64,000 nucleotides of DNA from Lama glama (taxonomy: Eukaryota), in the NCBI GenBank assembly GCA_028534125.1, contig CM052817.1, positions 65,226,001 to 65,290,000 on the forward strand, given 5' to 3'. The notes beneath the pieces are model-generated. The model was not told the origin of the DNA and did not search any database. It worked only from the letters and a program-made list of their open reading frames with translations. Shown one piece after another: positions 38,097-49,901 of this stretch. Each line of letters begins with the position of its first letter. The first letter of the stretch is position 1. The position numbers and the translations under genes are program-made.

Positions 38097-38450
38097 GCTC
38101 TGGACTAAATGTTATGTACCCCCTCCAAATTCATAAATGTTGAAACCCTAACCGCCCCTGTGATGGTATTTGGAGATGGGGATCTTTGGGAGGTAATTAA
38201 GTGTAGATGAGGGTGGGGCCCTTATTATGGGATTAGTGTCCTTCTAAGAAGAGACCTGAGAGCTAGTTCCCTCTGTCTGCCTTATGAGGACATAGCAAGA
38301 AGCAGCTGTGTCTGCAGACCAGGAAGAAGGTCCTCACTAAGAACCCTATCCTCATCTCAGGCTTCCAGCTCCAGAACTGTGAGAAATAAATGTTTACTCT
38401 TTAAGTCATTCAGTATATGGTATTCTGTTACAGCAGCCAGAAATAACACA
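38097..38450 (+). mobile_element. MLT1A-like solo LTR
   Basis: CCAGAACTGTGAGAAATAAATG signature. Confidence 0.85.
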
Positions 38451-38632
38451 CTGCCCCCATCCTCCCCTTGGGATATTATCAGAAAACAAACAAACCAAAG
38501 AAAACCAACAAAATATGCATTTCTAATACATTTTCCTTCATGCATTCAAAGACTCTTTTTATATTCCTAGTGCAAATATATACATACATACCACACACAT
38601 ACATAAATGTGCCAGAAAAATTCCACTTTTAC

Positions 38633-38722
38633 CTGAGGCTGACTTGAATTGACCGAGTTTTCTCAAACTGTTGAATATTACCTCAATTGGGAACATATTT
38701 TAGTTGTACCAGAACAGCACAG
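38633..38722 (-). pseudogene. Pseudo-exon AVLFWYN*NMFPIEVIFNSLRKLGQFKSAS (phase 1 to 1)
   Basis: 90-nt symmetric exon; CAG|GTAAAA donor. Confidence 0.6.
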
Positions 38723-39172
38723 CTAATTTGAGTTGAGGCATGGAACTTGGTCTTTAAATTTAATTGGTGTGAAGAAAAAGTTGAATAATCTATTCTGAAA
38801 CCACACCCTCCACAAGACTGGCACTGATTAGGTGGGAAGTTGTCTTGACCCTACTGCGCAATGCACTTGGTGAGTGAGGGCATACTGAAGAGCGTGCGAA
38901 GAGCAGAAGCACGGGGAGATGGCCAGGGCTGGGAAGGGAAATGTGGGAGGATGCATGCTTTCTTCCTTGGCAGTCTTTAGGGTCTTAGGAGTTGATCAAA
39001 GGCCTCTAATTTCCTTTGCCCAAATTTCTCACAGGTTTGATGATTTCTGAAATGCAATGTTTAATAATTTGTAATAAAACGTAAAATGCAGATATCTGTG
39101 CAAGAGATTATAAGCAAACATCCTTGGAAGCATAAACACTTGGAGTTTTATAGTCATTTACATTAAGCTGTA

Positions 39173-39767
39173 TGTGGTGGCCTTGGAGGTGTACCACTCC
39201 AGCGTCCTTTTCAGAGAATCTACAGTGGAGAACCAAGTGAACTGACAGCCAGCTATTACCTTTGTTTGTTTGTTTGAATTTTATTTCTGTGATTTATTTA
39301 TGTATATTTAAATTTTGTTGGGGGGGTCATTATGATTATTTATTTATTTATTTAATGGAGGTCCTGGGGATTGAACCCAGGACCTTGTGAGTGCTAGGCA
39401 TGCACCCTACCACTGAGCTATACCTCCCCACCAGCTATTATCTTTGGATCCGCCTTTACCAGGATGTGAGGTTGCACTTCCCTCAGGCTGCTCGCCACCA
39501 ATCCCCAATTATACCAGAGCTGGCCCGAATTCAGCCTGGGGACACCCATTGGCTGGCTGAGCCTTCTGAAGAACTGTGCTTCTATCTGAGGCTTTTCCTG
39601 CCCCATCTCTCCTTCCCTGGCTCTTCACAAATGTCAGGCCTCTGTCATGGTCTGAAGGTCCTCCCTGCCTTCTCTTGCTTTTTTCCCTTCACAGACATTT
39701 CCTTCAAGAAATCTCTTGTGCCTCTATCTTGTTTTGACATCTGATTCTCAGAGGATCCAACTGACAC
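39173..39767 (+). mobile_element. ERVL LTR (LTR16-like), interrupted by a SINE
   Basis: TGTGGTGG start; TTCTCAGAGGATCCAACTGACA end. Confidence 0.6.
39265..39430 (-). mobile_element. Vic-1-type SINE inserted in an ERVL LTR
   Basis: Same head on the - strand; TSD CCAGCTATTA(C/T)CTTTG at 39249-39264 and 39431-39446. Confidence 0.9.
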
Positions 39768-40133
39768 TTTATAAATGACTAATTATTATTGGCAGAGTCA
39801 AAAGGAATTGTAGAGCAATATCACACAAGAACCTGAGGAGAACTGTGTGGGTGCCTTAAAAAGAGCACAAAATGATCAAAAATGACAAACCCTCCTATCA
39901 ATCAGCATGGATATTATGTCTCTAAATACTGTGAGGTTCCAAATACATTTTAGAACAAGATGCTGGTTACTGCTCTTTGGAAATGGTAGCAGAGCTCAAA
40001 TATAGTGGTACATTTGAATGTATTGCTTTTTAGTGTTTAAAATAGAATTTGTAAGTTTGACTTGGCTTTATTATTATGTAAAATGTATAAGCATAAGGAG
40101 TCTATACCCATTGTTACATACAATATGATTCAC

Positions 40134-40429
40134 CTGTGAGTGTTTTCAGTCTTTCTCCAGCCCTCCTCCCCAAAAGGGAGAGAACTGTGTGCTCACTTAG
40201 CTTCCCTCTGCTCCCTCCCTGACACTCCTGAGGAGCACCTGCTTCTGAGCCAATAATTGGAAAAGAATCTGATGGTAGGTGAAGCCCAGCTGACTTGGGA
40301 GACCCCAGTAGACCTCTGGGTGTGAGAGGAGCCCCAGTTGGAAATCATCGCCTGTTTTAGCCCTTGACCTGGGTGCTTTTGGGTCGTCTACAGACTCCTC
40401 AGCCATGCTGGCGGTCTTGCACAGGACCC
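40134..40429 (-). pseudogene. Pseudo-exon GVLCKTASMAEE...VYWGLPSQLGFTYHQI...GAE/KLSEHTVLSLLGRRAGERLKTLT (phase 1 to 1, one 1-nt deletion)
   Basis: ttccttctctttttaactaactcAG| and CAG|GTGAAT; 296 nt (297-1); no stops once the single frameshift is allowed. Confidence 0.65.
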
Positions 40430-40988
40430 CTGAGTTAGTTAAAAAGAGAAGGAAAAGGTTCTTAGAACAGCAAAGTCTATATAATAAAGAGCAGGGAGTG
40501 AAAAAAAAAGAGAGAGTGGAAAGAGAGTTTTGGGGGATTTGCTTAAGAAAAAAGGTATAGAGTAGTTTGAAGAGGCTAGAGAATTTGGGAGCAAAGCCAT
40601 CTGAGAAACGTTTCTGGGGATTATAAATAAGATTCTTTCAGTGTCTTTCCTGGAGTCACAGGTAAGTTGGAATTCCTTTTTCAGAACTGTGAGGAGGAAG
40701 GCCTGCACAAACTTTATGGCCAGGAGGGAGGGAATCCTCAGGGTTGGGTCTTTTGATATCCCCACTGATGGAGGACGCTGATACGCTGCTTCCTCTAATT
40801 ATGGACCAATTGAGTTGCAGGAAATTTCTCAAGGACAGACCTTACATTCCCAGGGAGGTATTGAGAAAGGAAACAGTCTCTCAAGTAAAAAGGCACCCAG
40901 CCCCAACCCAAAGTCTGAGCTGCTATTATTGTCTGAAGTAGAGGAATTAGCATTTGATTTCTTTCTTGCTTTGCCTGGGGGAGCTTAC

Positions 40989-41101
40989 CAGAGTAATAAG
41001 AGAGGGTACATCAGTCCTGAGTAGCTCTAGGTTCATAAATTCTTCAGGGTCACAATCCTCCCACTACATTAGCTCAATGAAGTTTTATGGTTAGTGCTGT
41101 T
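40989..41101 (-). pseudogene. Pseudo-exon TALTIKLH*ANVVGGL*P*RIYEPRATQD*CTLSYYS (phase 2 to 1)
   Basis: tttcttcctacAG| and CTG|GTAAGC; 113 nt; all four stops are TGA. Confidence 0.55.
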
Positions 41102-41435
41102 CTGTAGGAAGAAACCCAGGCCAGATGAAGCACTGAGCAGCCAGGTGAAATGCAATTAGCCCAGCATAAAAATATAGTAGCATGCCGTCAATTGTGCATT
41201 CCAAAGAGCTCTTGCAGCTGCCCATTTCTCTCCATCTCCAGTCTCTTATCTCATCTGAATTGCTGTGATAGTTTTTCCTAGGAACCTGTGCTTCCGGAGA
41301 TGTGTTTTCCTCCACGTGTTTGTGTCCGCTCCTGGAGCATATTGTAGCTCGTCGGCGCTCCTACTGGCTGCTCGCGCGTTAGATGATACTGTGAGCCCCA
41401 CCAACTGTCTCTGCCTCCGCGTGGGGACAGAGAAT

Positions 41436-41549
41436 TTATTTTTTGATGAGAGGAGGTAATTCGGTTTATTTATCTATTTGTTTATTTTTATGGAGGTACT
41501 GGGGATTGAACCCAGAACCTCGTTCATGCTAAGCACGACTCTACCACCA
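41436..41549 (-). mobile_element. Vic-1-type SINE, 5' truncated
   Basis: ATGGAGGTACTGGGGATTGAACCCAG shared with the other copies. Confidence 0.85.
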
Positions 41550-42687
41550 AGACTTTAAATGAGTAACCATTCAAACGCTGAGTGTGATAGGGCTTCTGGG
41601 ATCTCATTACATGGGAAGGAAAGTGGGAGCTCAGAGAAAGGCAGCATGAAGGGCCCAGGGGGGTCTCTAACCTAAAGCCAGAAAGACAAGAAGGGATACA
41701 CCAAGCAGAGGGCTGGCAGAGGGCAGTGGGAAGAGAATGTTCCCAGCACCACCCTGGGAGAGGTGGGCTGGTGCCCAGCAGACAGGAGAGGACCGGCATT
41801 TAGCGATCAGGTGGGTTGGGTGGGAGTTAGCCCCGGTGAGGTCTGGCCTTAGCCTTAGAAGGGGCCTGGAAACCAGAGAAAAAATTTGCTTTTTTTTATT
41901 CCAAGGGCTGTTGCAAGGCAGTTAAGGTTTTTAACCTGGGAATAATAAGATTGGCTGCAGAGTGGGGAGTTCATTCCAAAAGGTAGCTAATTTTTGAGCG
42001 CAGTCTGATTACGTCACTCTTGTTTTAAAAGTTTTGGTGACTTAATGCCATCAGAATGATATCTAAATTTTTAATGAGCTGTGCAAGGCCCCGCCTGAAC
42101 TAATTCCTGCTACTTTTCCAGGCTCATCCTCTTTTCACTGCCCTCACCTCACCTCCCCCGACCTCTGCTCACACCACACTCCTCCGGCTCTAGCCTTTCA
42201 TGCTTCAGTAACCTTAACCTAGTAAATAATTGTCAGCGTTTGCACTGTGATCCAGTAAACATACATGTACACATATGCATAATATAACCGATAAAAATGT
42301 TATGGAAAAATGGAAGATACACACTAATATTTCCCTTCTTTTTTTCTTTTTTTAATAATGTGGATTAATATGTATTACCCAGCTAATTCTATGACCCCTA
42401 GTTCCTCCGTGAGCCAGGTTCTCCCTCTTCTTGTGGGACTTCACTTCCTTCTGAGTAAAGCGATCTCTCCTACTCCGTTTGTTCCCTGGGGCTGTCCTAC
42501 TCTGCCTTTCCCATCTCAACTTCACTGGCCCAGGGAATCTTGGCTGACTGAAGTCCAGCTCCCGAAGTCTTTCTTAGACCTCTCATGGCCCCCTCTCTGC
42601 CTGCTCTTCTTCTCTCCTTCCGTTCCTTTCTTTTTTTTCACAAATATTTAATGAACGCCTACTGGATGCTAGGCACTGTTTTAGGCA

Positions 42688-42849
42688 TGGGGCGGGGGCG
42701 GCCTCGCACCCTCTGAACTCAGCAGGAGTCCCACATTTGGCTGAGTGTTCTGCTGTTGCTGTCTTGAAGTTCTGAATCATTTTCTTTTTAACAAGGAACC
42801 CCACAGTTTCATTTTGCACTGGGCCTCATAAATGGTGTAGCCATTCCTG
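42688..42849. mobile_element. MER53-like hAT element inside an antisense L2 tail
   Basis: TGCTGTCTTGAAGTTCT...TTTCATTTTGCACTGGGCC. Confidence 0.75.
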
Positions 42850-43144
42850 CATGGGGGTAACGAACAGAACAGACCCAAATCCCTACCCTCTGAGGGTTCA
42901 CGTTCTAGTGCCCACCAGGGACTGACTTTGTACCTTAGCAGTTGTCACTGCCTCGTGTTTGCCTATTTACCTGTCTGTTGTCCCAACTAGACGTAGGCTC
43001 CTTGAGGGCGAATACTCTTTCCCACCACTCTCTCCAGCACAAGTCACACTGCCTGGCATCTTGCATACACGGAAAAATTCATGTAGAACAAATTAATGAA
43101 CATGCATCATGCGCCCAACCTGTGTCCCATAATTCATGGTTCTC

Positions 43145-43180
43145 CTACACTTGATCTTAGCCAAAAGGCCGAGAAGCGAT
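43145..43180 (-). pseudogene. U2 snRNA 5' fragment (nt 1-36), tailless retropseudogene
   Basis: Exact reverse complement of ATCGCTTCTCGGCCTTTTGGCTAAGATCAAGTGTAG; 13-bp direct repeat TCATGGTTCTCCT at 43134-43146 and 43182-43194. Confidence 0.95.
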
Positions 43181-43616
43181 ATCATGGTTCTCCTGATCAA
43201 GATTATCCTTGGTATTTCTTTAAAAAAATTTTCAACAATGTTTTCATTTAATCTGATATGCATAAAATATCATAATTTCTATTACAATATGCAAAATATG
43301 AGACATTTTACAGTCCTTTTTCCATACGAAATCTTTGAAATCCAGTGTGTGCTTTACATATGTAGCACACAGTTGATATTCCTTTGATAAGAGTTTCTTT
43401 GTATTAAAGCTCCTTCACTGGCTGTTTGCCCATCAGCTCTGATGTGATGACTTTAGAAGAGTTAAAATTGGGAGTACATTAGTGAGCTTCATTTACATTT
43501 ATGAGTATGAAGATTTCACCAGGCAGATGATTTAAGCCAAGATTTGGAATCCAAGGATCATTTTCAAAGTGAGCAGAGGACCTTTAAAAATGTGTTTTTG
43601 AGCTGATTAATGACTT

Positions 43617-44116
43617 NNNNNNNNNNNNNNNNNNNNNNNNNNNNNNNNNNNNNNNNNNNNNNNNNNNNNNNNNNNNNNNNNNNNNNNNNNNNNNNNNNNN
43701 NNNNNNNNNNNNNNNNNNNNNNNNNNNNNNNNNNNNNNNNNNNNNNNNNNNNNNNNNNNNNNNNNNNNNNNNNNNNNNNNNNNNNNNNNNNNNNNNNNNN
43801 NNNNNNNNNNNNNNNNNNNNNNNNNNNNNNNNNNNNNNNNNNNNNNNNNNNNNNNNNNNNNNNNNNNNNNNNNNNNNNNNNNNNNNNNNNNNNNNNNNNN
43901 NNNNNNNNNNNNNNNNNNNNNNNNNNNNNNNNNNNNNNNNNNNNNNNNNNNNNNNNNNNNNNNNNNNNNNNNNNNNNNNNNNNNNNNNNNNNNNNNNNNN
44001 NNNNNNNNNNNNNNNNNNNNNNNNNNNNNNNNNNNNNNNNNNNNNNNNNNNNNNNNNNNNNNNNNNNNNNNNNNNNNNNNNNNNNNNNNNNNNNNNNNNN
44101 NNNNNNNNNNNNNNNN
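43617..44116. other. Assembly gap (500 N)
   Basis: Run of N followed by poly-T. Confidence 1.
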
Positions 44117-45061
44117 TTTTTTTTTTTTTTAATGGCAAAGTTAAATTTTTGCTAGGGCAGGAGGAAAAAGGAAACGGGCATTTATGAAATGCCGCGTATG
44201 TACCATGCAGTTCACATTCATTATATTATTTAATCATCAAAATAACCTCATGAGTTTGGGGTTGTCGTTCCCAGTGTGCAGATCAGGAGGGAGACATTCG
44301 GAGAGGCGGCCTGCTGTTCTGCTCATCAGCCGGCCACTGGGCCGCAGTCCGCGTCCGTTTGGACGCACGGAGTGTGCTGCGCTGTTTGCGCCCTATCCCT
44401 CCGCCTTCTGGAATGACCGAGAGGGCTCTTGCAAAGCCCTCTACTCAGTTCTACCTGAAGCTTTCAGAGTACGTAACCAAATCCAAAAGATGAAGTAGCA
44501 TTTTTGGATAATAAAATGAAAGTATACATTTAATCAGGCACTTGCTTATTAAACACCTTTTATCCACCTGGCCTTTAGTCTGCTGGAAGTTCTGTTGAGG
44601 GCCTCCTGCGCTTAACTCAGCATAAGAAAAAAGCACAGCTCTTGGAGGAAATGTTATTTTGACTGGTAAGACATAGATTGGCTGTGACTGCAGGAAGTCC
44701 AGAAAGGGAAGGGGTCAGTGATGTGATGAGTTGCTGCCGAAGAGAGACTCATGATTCTTTCACTGCAGCACCAAACCAAGGGTAGCTTGACGTATAAAGA
44801 AGAATGGCCAGGCTCAGAGCATGGGGAAAAGAGCTGGGGTCAGTGCTTGGAGAAAAAACATAAGGGTTTCTTTTAATCTACTCTGTCACAAGGCCCAGCT
44901 CAGTGCCATGTGCAGAGTAGACTCTGCATAAATGTTGACTCAAAGTTCAATGATGTTTTCAAAAGTCCTGATGGGCCCGCAGTGTGTGTCCCACACACCC
45001 TTCAGCTGAAGTCACATTCGTGTGGACTCCATTCAGTCTGCCCTCCAAAGGAAAGCTTAAC

Positions 45062-45321
45062 GTAAAAACCAAACTTAAGACTTCAAACCCCACAGCACTT
45101 TCTTCTTAGATTTCTCCCAAGTTATTCACAGAGTAAGGTGTTTGGCTGCGAATAGCCACCCAGCACTTCTGCTTAGATATTTACAGGAAATATGCCTCCT
45201 CTCCAAATATTACACTTGCCACATGATCGAGTTTTATCACGCAGAGATCCAGAAGGTGAAATGACTCTGAAGTCCCTTAGATGAGGCATCTTAGAAGTCC
45301 CTCTTCTGGAATTTGAGGGAG
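45062..45321 (-). pseudogene. Pseudo-exon LPQIPEEGLLRCLI*GTSESFHLLDLCVIKLDHVASVIFGEEAYFL*...EVLSLVF (phase 0 to 2)
   Basis: cttcttattctaattcAG| acceptor; 260 nt with three TAA; weak donor GTTAAG. Confidence 0.5.
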
Positions 45322-47324
45322 CTGAATTAGAATAAGAAGCGTTGATGGGTGAAGTGCATGTTATGTAATTTTTAGTCACTTGCACATGATTGAAAGCTTC
45401 ACCATGGTCATCTTAGGAGAAAATGGTAATGATGAAATTTATTTGTATTTATGTTCCTGTCTCTCCACTGAAGGCCTTTAAAATTAACTCTTGATAGTGC
45501 CTATAAATAAAATAGATAAACAGTAGGGTTTTTTTGCAGAAACATGAATGCCTCCTTTGCGAGAGAAAATAAAATGTGGAAAGGGGAAAAAAAAGATCTG
45601 GAAAGGAAAATTCAAGGGCCAGGTCTTAAGTTCATCTGGGCTCACGGGTGATAAGAAGTGACAGTATTTGGCACATAAGATGCTTCCAAATTCAGCATCT
45701 TGAAAATAACAGTGTCAATCTTCTCTCCTCACTTTTTATTTGTAAAAGGGGAATAGTAAAATTAAAACACCGACCATTTATTGGTTGCTTATTTTGTGCC
45801 AAACACTGATCTGACCTAAACTCTAAAAATAATTTCTGTTACTCCTTAGAAGTTATTATCCCATGTGTATGAGGAACAAGTGTAGAGAAGTCAAGCACCT
45901 TTGCTTATGACCTTACAGCCAGTGAGTTCTCATGGTTCCTTGAGCTGTTGGGAAGATTTGCTAATACAGGTGGGCTCACTATGCTTTTTCATTGGGGTAC
46001 ATGGTTATGGTAAGTAAAGGTGACCTTGGCCTTAGGTTGACAAGAATAATAGCTACTATTTATTGAAAGTCTACTGTGAACCAATCTCTTCACGTAGATC
46101 ATCTGTGAATTTTCACCAACACATATGCCAGAAAGGCTTTATCTTTTCCTTGTCACACAGGAGGAAACTGAGGCTTATATTGCTAGGAAGTGTTGGAACC
46201 TGGAGTCCAGCCAGCCTAGCTTTGTCTGGCCTCAAAACCTGACCTTCCACCTTCCAGGCCAAGTTCCTCAAGAGGATCATCCCAAAGGCTCCACCTGCTT
46301 ACACAGGACAAACGCCCCCTGGTGGAAGTGAGAGGGATACACAACCAATGCCCTTGGAGAATCAAGCCCTCTTTCTGGTTTCAAGAGAGCCCTCAGTCCT
46401 TACTTCTTCTTTTTTTTTTTTTTTTCTGGTCATCTCCCGATCCTTAGCCAGAGACCCTAAATATGCATCTTCTATTTGTGACTCACTCTGTTTTTCTGTT
46501 TTGCTCATTATTAATAAAAATAGCTCACAAAACAAACAGTAGGACAACCCACAAAATATGAATGAACAACACATACCCACAGGCTCTCCTTTTTTTGTTT
46601 TGTTTTGTTTTCTTTCTCATTTTAGACACACTGGGTGGTTAACAAAATCTACCCAAATATATCTTAGTTGTTTTCAGGATCTGTCAGAAAATTGTTATGC
46701 TGTCTTGGATCTTGGGCCCGCTTTGCAGCCCACACCCTTGTTGGGCATGAGGTAAGCCCAGGACTAAGAGAATAAACAGTTGCTTGTATAATATTTCTAT
46801 ACAGGGGAAGTTATTCTGTGTCACCCTAATGAAGAAACTCTCCTTAATCCAGGATGCTCGAGGATGCCAGCACTCTGCCCTCTACTCTGCAGTCATGAGG
46901 CTGCCTCCTCTCACTGCCTTGGGCACCCTGGTTCTTCCCTTAACGTTATGAGTTTATTTGTTTAGTGTTTTTCTCTCCCATTACACTGCAGTAAGCTTTA
47001 TGACAATGAGGACTAAGTGTCCTGTTTTAATTCTTTCTAGCAATAATTGGTGTTCAGTCAAAGGTAGTGGAGTAAATATTAAGAAGTTAAATAAATTGGA
47101 TATGAGTTCAAGGACCTGACAAGGAATTTTGACTTTATCTTGCAGCCCAGTGGTTCTCAACTTCTTTTCCCTACACTAGCACTCCTCCCAGGAGTTTTTA
47201 TTCTCTTCTTGAGGGTTGTGTGTTGCAGGGGTGGCAGAAAAGAGGATAGGCAGAGAGCAGCTATGTAGTTAGAATCTCCAAAGAGAGGCATTTTTTTGAA
47301 AAAAAATCTTAGTTTAAAAAAATT

Positions 47325-47992
47325 TTTTAATTTTTTATTGAAGTACAGTCAGTTTATAATGTGTCAATTTCTGGTGAACAGCATAATGTTTCAGTCATAC
47401 ATACACATACATATGTTTCTTTTCATATTTTTTTCATTATAGGTCAGTACATGATATTGAACATATTTCCTTGTGCCCTACAGTAGAAACTTGTTGTGTA
47501 TCTATTTTATATATAGTAGTGTGCATCTGCAAATATTGAACTTCCAATTTATCTTTTCCCACCCCTCCCCTCCCCCCAGTAATCATAAGTTTGTTTTCCA
47601 TGTCTCTGAATCTGTTTCTGTGTTGTAAAAAAGTTCATTTGTGTCTTTTTTCCCCTCTTTTTTAGGTTCCACATGAGTGATATCATATGGTATTTTTCTT
47701 TCTCTTTCTGGCTTACTTCACCTAAAATGACAGTCACCAGGTCCGTTCATGTTGATGCACATGGCATTATTTTATTATTTCTTATGGCTGAGTAGTATTC
47801 CGTTGTATAAATATACCACAACTTCTTTATCCAGTCATTTCCTGATGGACATTTAGGTTGCTTCCATGTCTTGGCTATTGTAAATAGTGCTGCTATGAAC
47901 GTTGGGGTACATGTATCTTTTCAAATTAGAGTTCTCTCTGGATATATGCCCAGGAGTAGGATTGCTGGATTATATGATAAGTCTATTTTTAG
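47325..47992 (-). mobile_element. Lineage-specific L1, 5' truncated (ORF2 C-terminus plus 3'UTR)
   Basis: ILGEVSQKEKEKYHMISL L1 ORF2-end motif; flanking TTAAAAAAATT repeats. Confidence 0.9.
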
Positions 47993-48804
47993 CTTAAAAA
48001 AATTCCTTGTTAATTGTGAAAACCTTCTTCCTAGCCCCAATCACAGGCAGTGAAGAGAGTGAAGAGGCAATGACATTTTTGAATCGAAACATGGAGAGAT
48101 GAAGATGCATCTTTGGAATGACAGTGTTCAAGTGTCCTGGGTTGGGGGAGGACATGAAATCAGAGACAGAAGGAAATCATAGCCCATTTGTTTGAATGCT
48201 GTGAAAATATGGACTATATTGTGGATAAAGGGCTGAAGAGGAAGGGTGAAGGTGAAAAATCCTTTGAAGGAAGAATTGATAGGAGGAAGAAAGTAAAAGT
48301 TACAACTAGATTTAGAGAATTTGAGCTTCACTGATTGAGGAAGAGCGAATCTACTAACAAAACACTGTAGGAAAATGAAGAAACTCATTTAGGACAAAGG
48401 AATGATGACTTTTCACTTATTTTTCCAAGTTGGTATCAGTTAAAATTAACTGTTGTTTAATTTTCACTTCTGTAAATAGTTTTGCAGTTGAGCATTCCTC
48501 TTTACAACTAGTTTTGGAGGGTGTTTAGTTTGCCAGTACAGATAATTTGGTGGCACCAAAACCTATCTTTACACATATTTCTTTCTCTCTGAACCAGGAC
48601 CCTTTGTTTTATTTCCCATGTAATCTTTCTCTGTCAATGTTAATATGTGAGAGTTTCTACCTAACAGAAATACTTGTGAGTGATGACAGTTTGAACAGGT
48701 GGAATTAGTCCAATTCCCTTAAGGTCAGATTCATGTCTTTAGAACAGTTTTTATAACTCAGATCACAGTCCTTTCTTTTATGGGAAAAATATTCCAGGGC
48801 TTAA

Positions 48805-49352
48805 TGTGGTTGATTCTCTTGAAAGACAGCTGTTAACAAATCCTCCCCTTTATCTATGCACAGGCCACTTTTTCCATTAAGAGGTGCATTCTGTTTCCCT
48901 TTCCCTGAATCTTGACTGGCTCTGTGACAGGCTTCAACTAGGAGGTTTAGTGGCAGAAGTTCTGGGCCTGGCCCTTTCCAGCCAGGCAGCTTCTGCTTTC
49001 GCTATCCTGGACCCCAGCTCCCAGGCTGTAAGGATCTCCAGGCCATCCTGCGGAAGGTGAGAGTCATGAAAGGCTGTCGATGATCAGAACCATGTAGAAA
49101 GAAAAGGCATGTGAAGGACAGCCAAAATGCCCCAGCCGAGAGCCAGCACCACAACCCCTGGAGATGAGAGTGGGCCTTCTTGGACCTTTCAGTCCAGCCC
49201 CTCCTCTGCAGGTACAGCTGCATGAGTGACTCCACCAGGACCACATGGAGCAGGGGACTCGTAGCAAACAGACAGAACTGGGAGCCAGAGTAAAGCATTG
49301 TTTACGCCACTAAGTGTTAGGGTGGTTTGTTACACAGCAATGGGTAACTTAC
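48805..49352 (+). mobile_element. MLT1F/G-like LTR
   Basis: Ends CCACTAAGTGTTAGGGTGGTTTGTTACACAGCAAT. Confidence 0.75.
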
Positions 49353-49424
49353 ATATTTGCATACTTGAAATCCCTTTTTATCATGTAATACTGAATAAAT
49401 AAGAATAAATATATAATCATAATG

Positions 49425-49901
49425 TGTAGAGGAGGTAAAATTTCTCCTCTCTTTTCTTTGGGTTTCTGGCTGGGACTGACATAAGACATTAACAGGAGAA
49501 AAGCATACACATTTTATTTTTAAAAATTTTACATGGACTTGGGGTCCCCACAGGGAAATAAAGACCCGAAGAAGTGGCTAGGCCTAAGTGGTTATACACT
49601 AGGTTGAACAAAAGGTTTCAAGTGTGGAAAAGTAACTAAAATATATGGGGAGACTAAAAGAAGGTAAGTTGTTTTAACAAGGTTTGTTAGTACCAGTTTT
49701 CCTCAGCTGATAAGAATGTTTCTTTCTTCCTGGTTTAGGGAAGGTATCCTTCACATGGGAACGTCATCTCCTGCCATTGGGAAGGAAAAAAGAAGGTCGG
49801 AGCACCCTTCTTGCATCTGCTGTTTTTCAAGTGCCTGAAACTCAAAATAATCAATAAGCCAAAGCAGCGTATTTTGGGCTTGTGTGCTCTGAACCCCTTC
49901 A
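49425..49901 (-). mobile_element. ERV1 solo LTR (MER34-like)
   Basis: TG...CA termini with a perfect 4-bp TSD AATG. Confidence 0.85.

Noticed and set aside
46678..46751. Plus-strand exon-like segment (ttttcAG|...GAG|GTAAGC)
   Set aside because: Isolated, beyond the live gene's poly(A) signal, with no phase partner; a lncRNA exon cannot be excluded.
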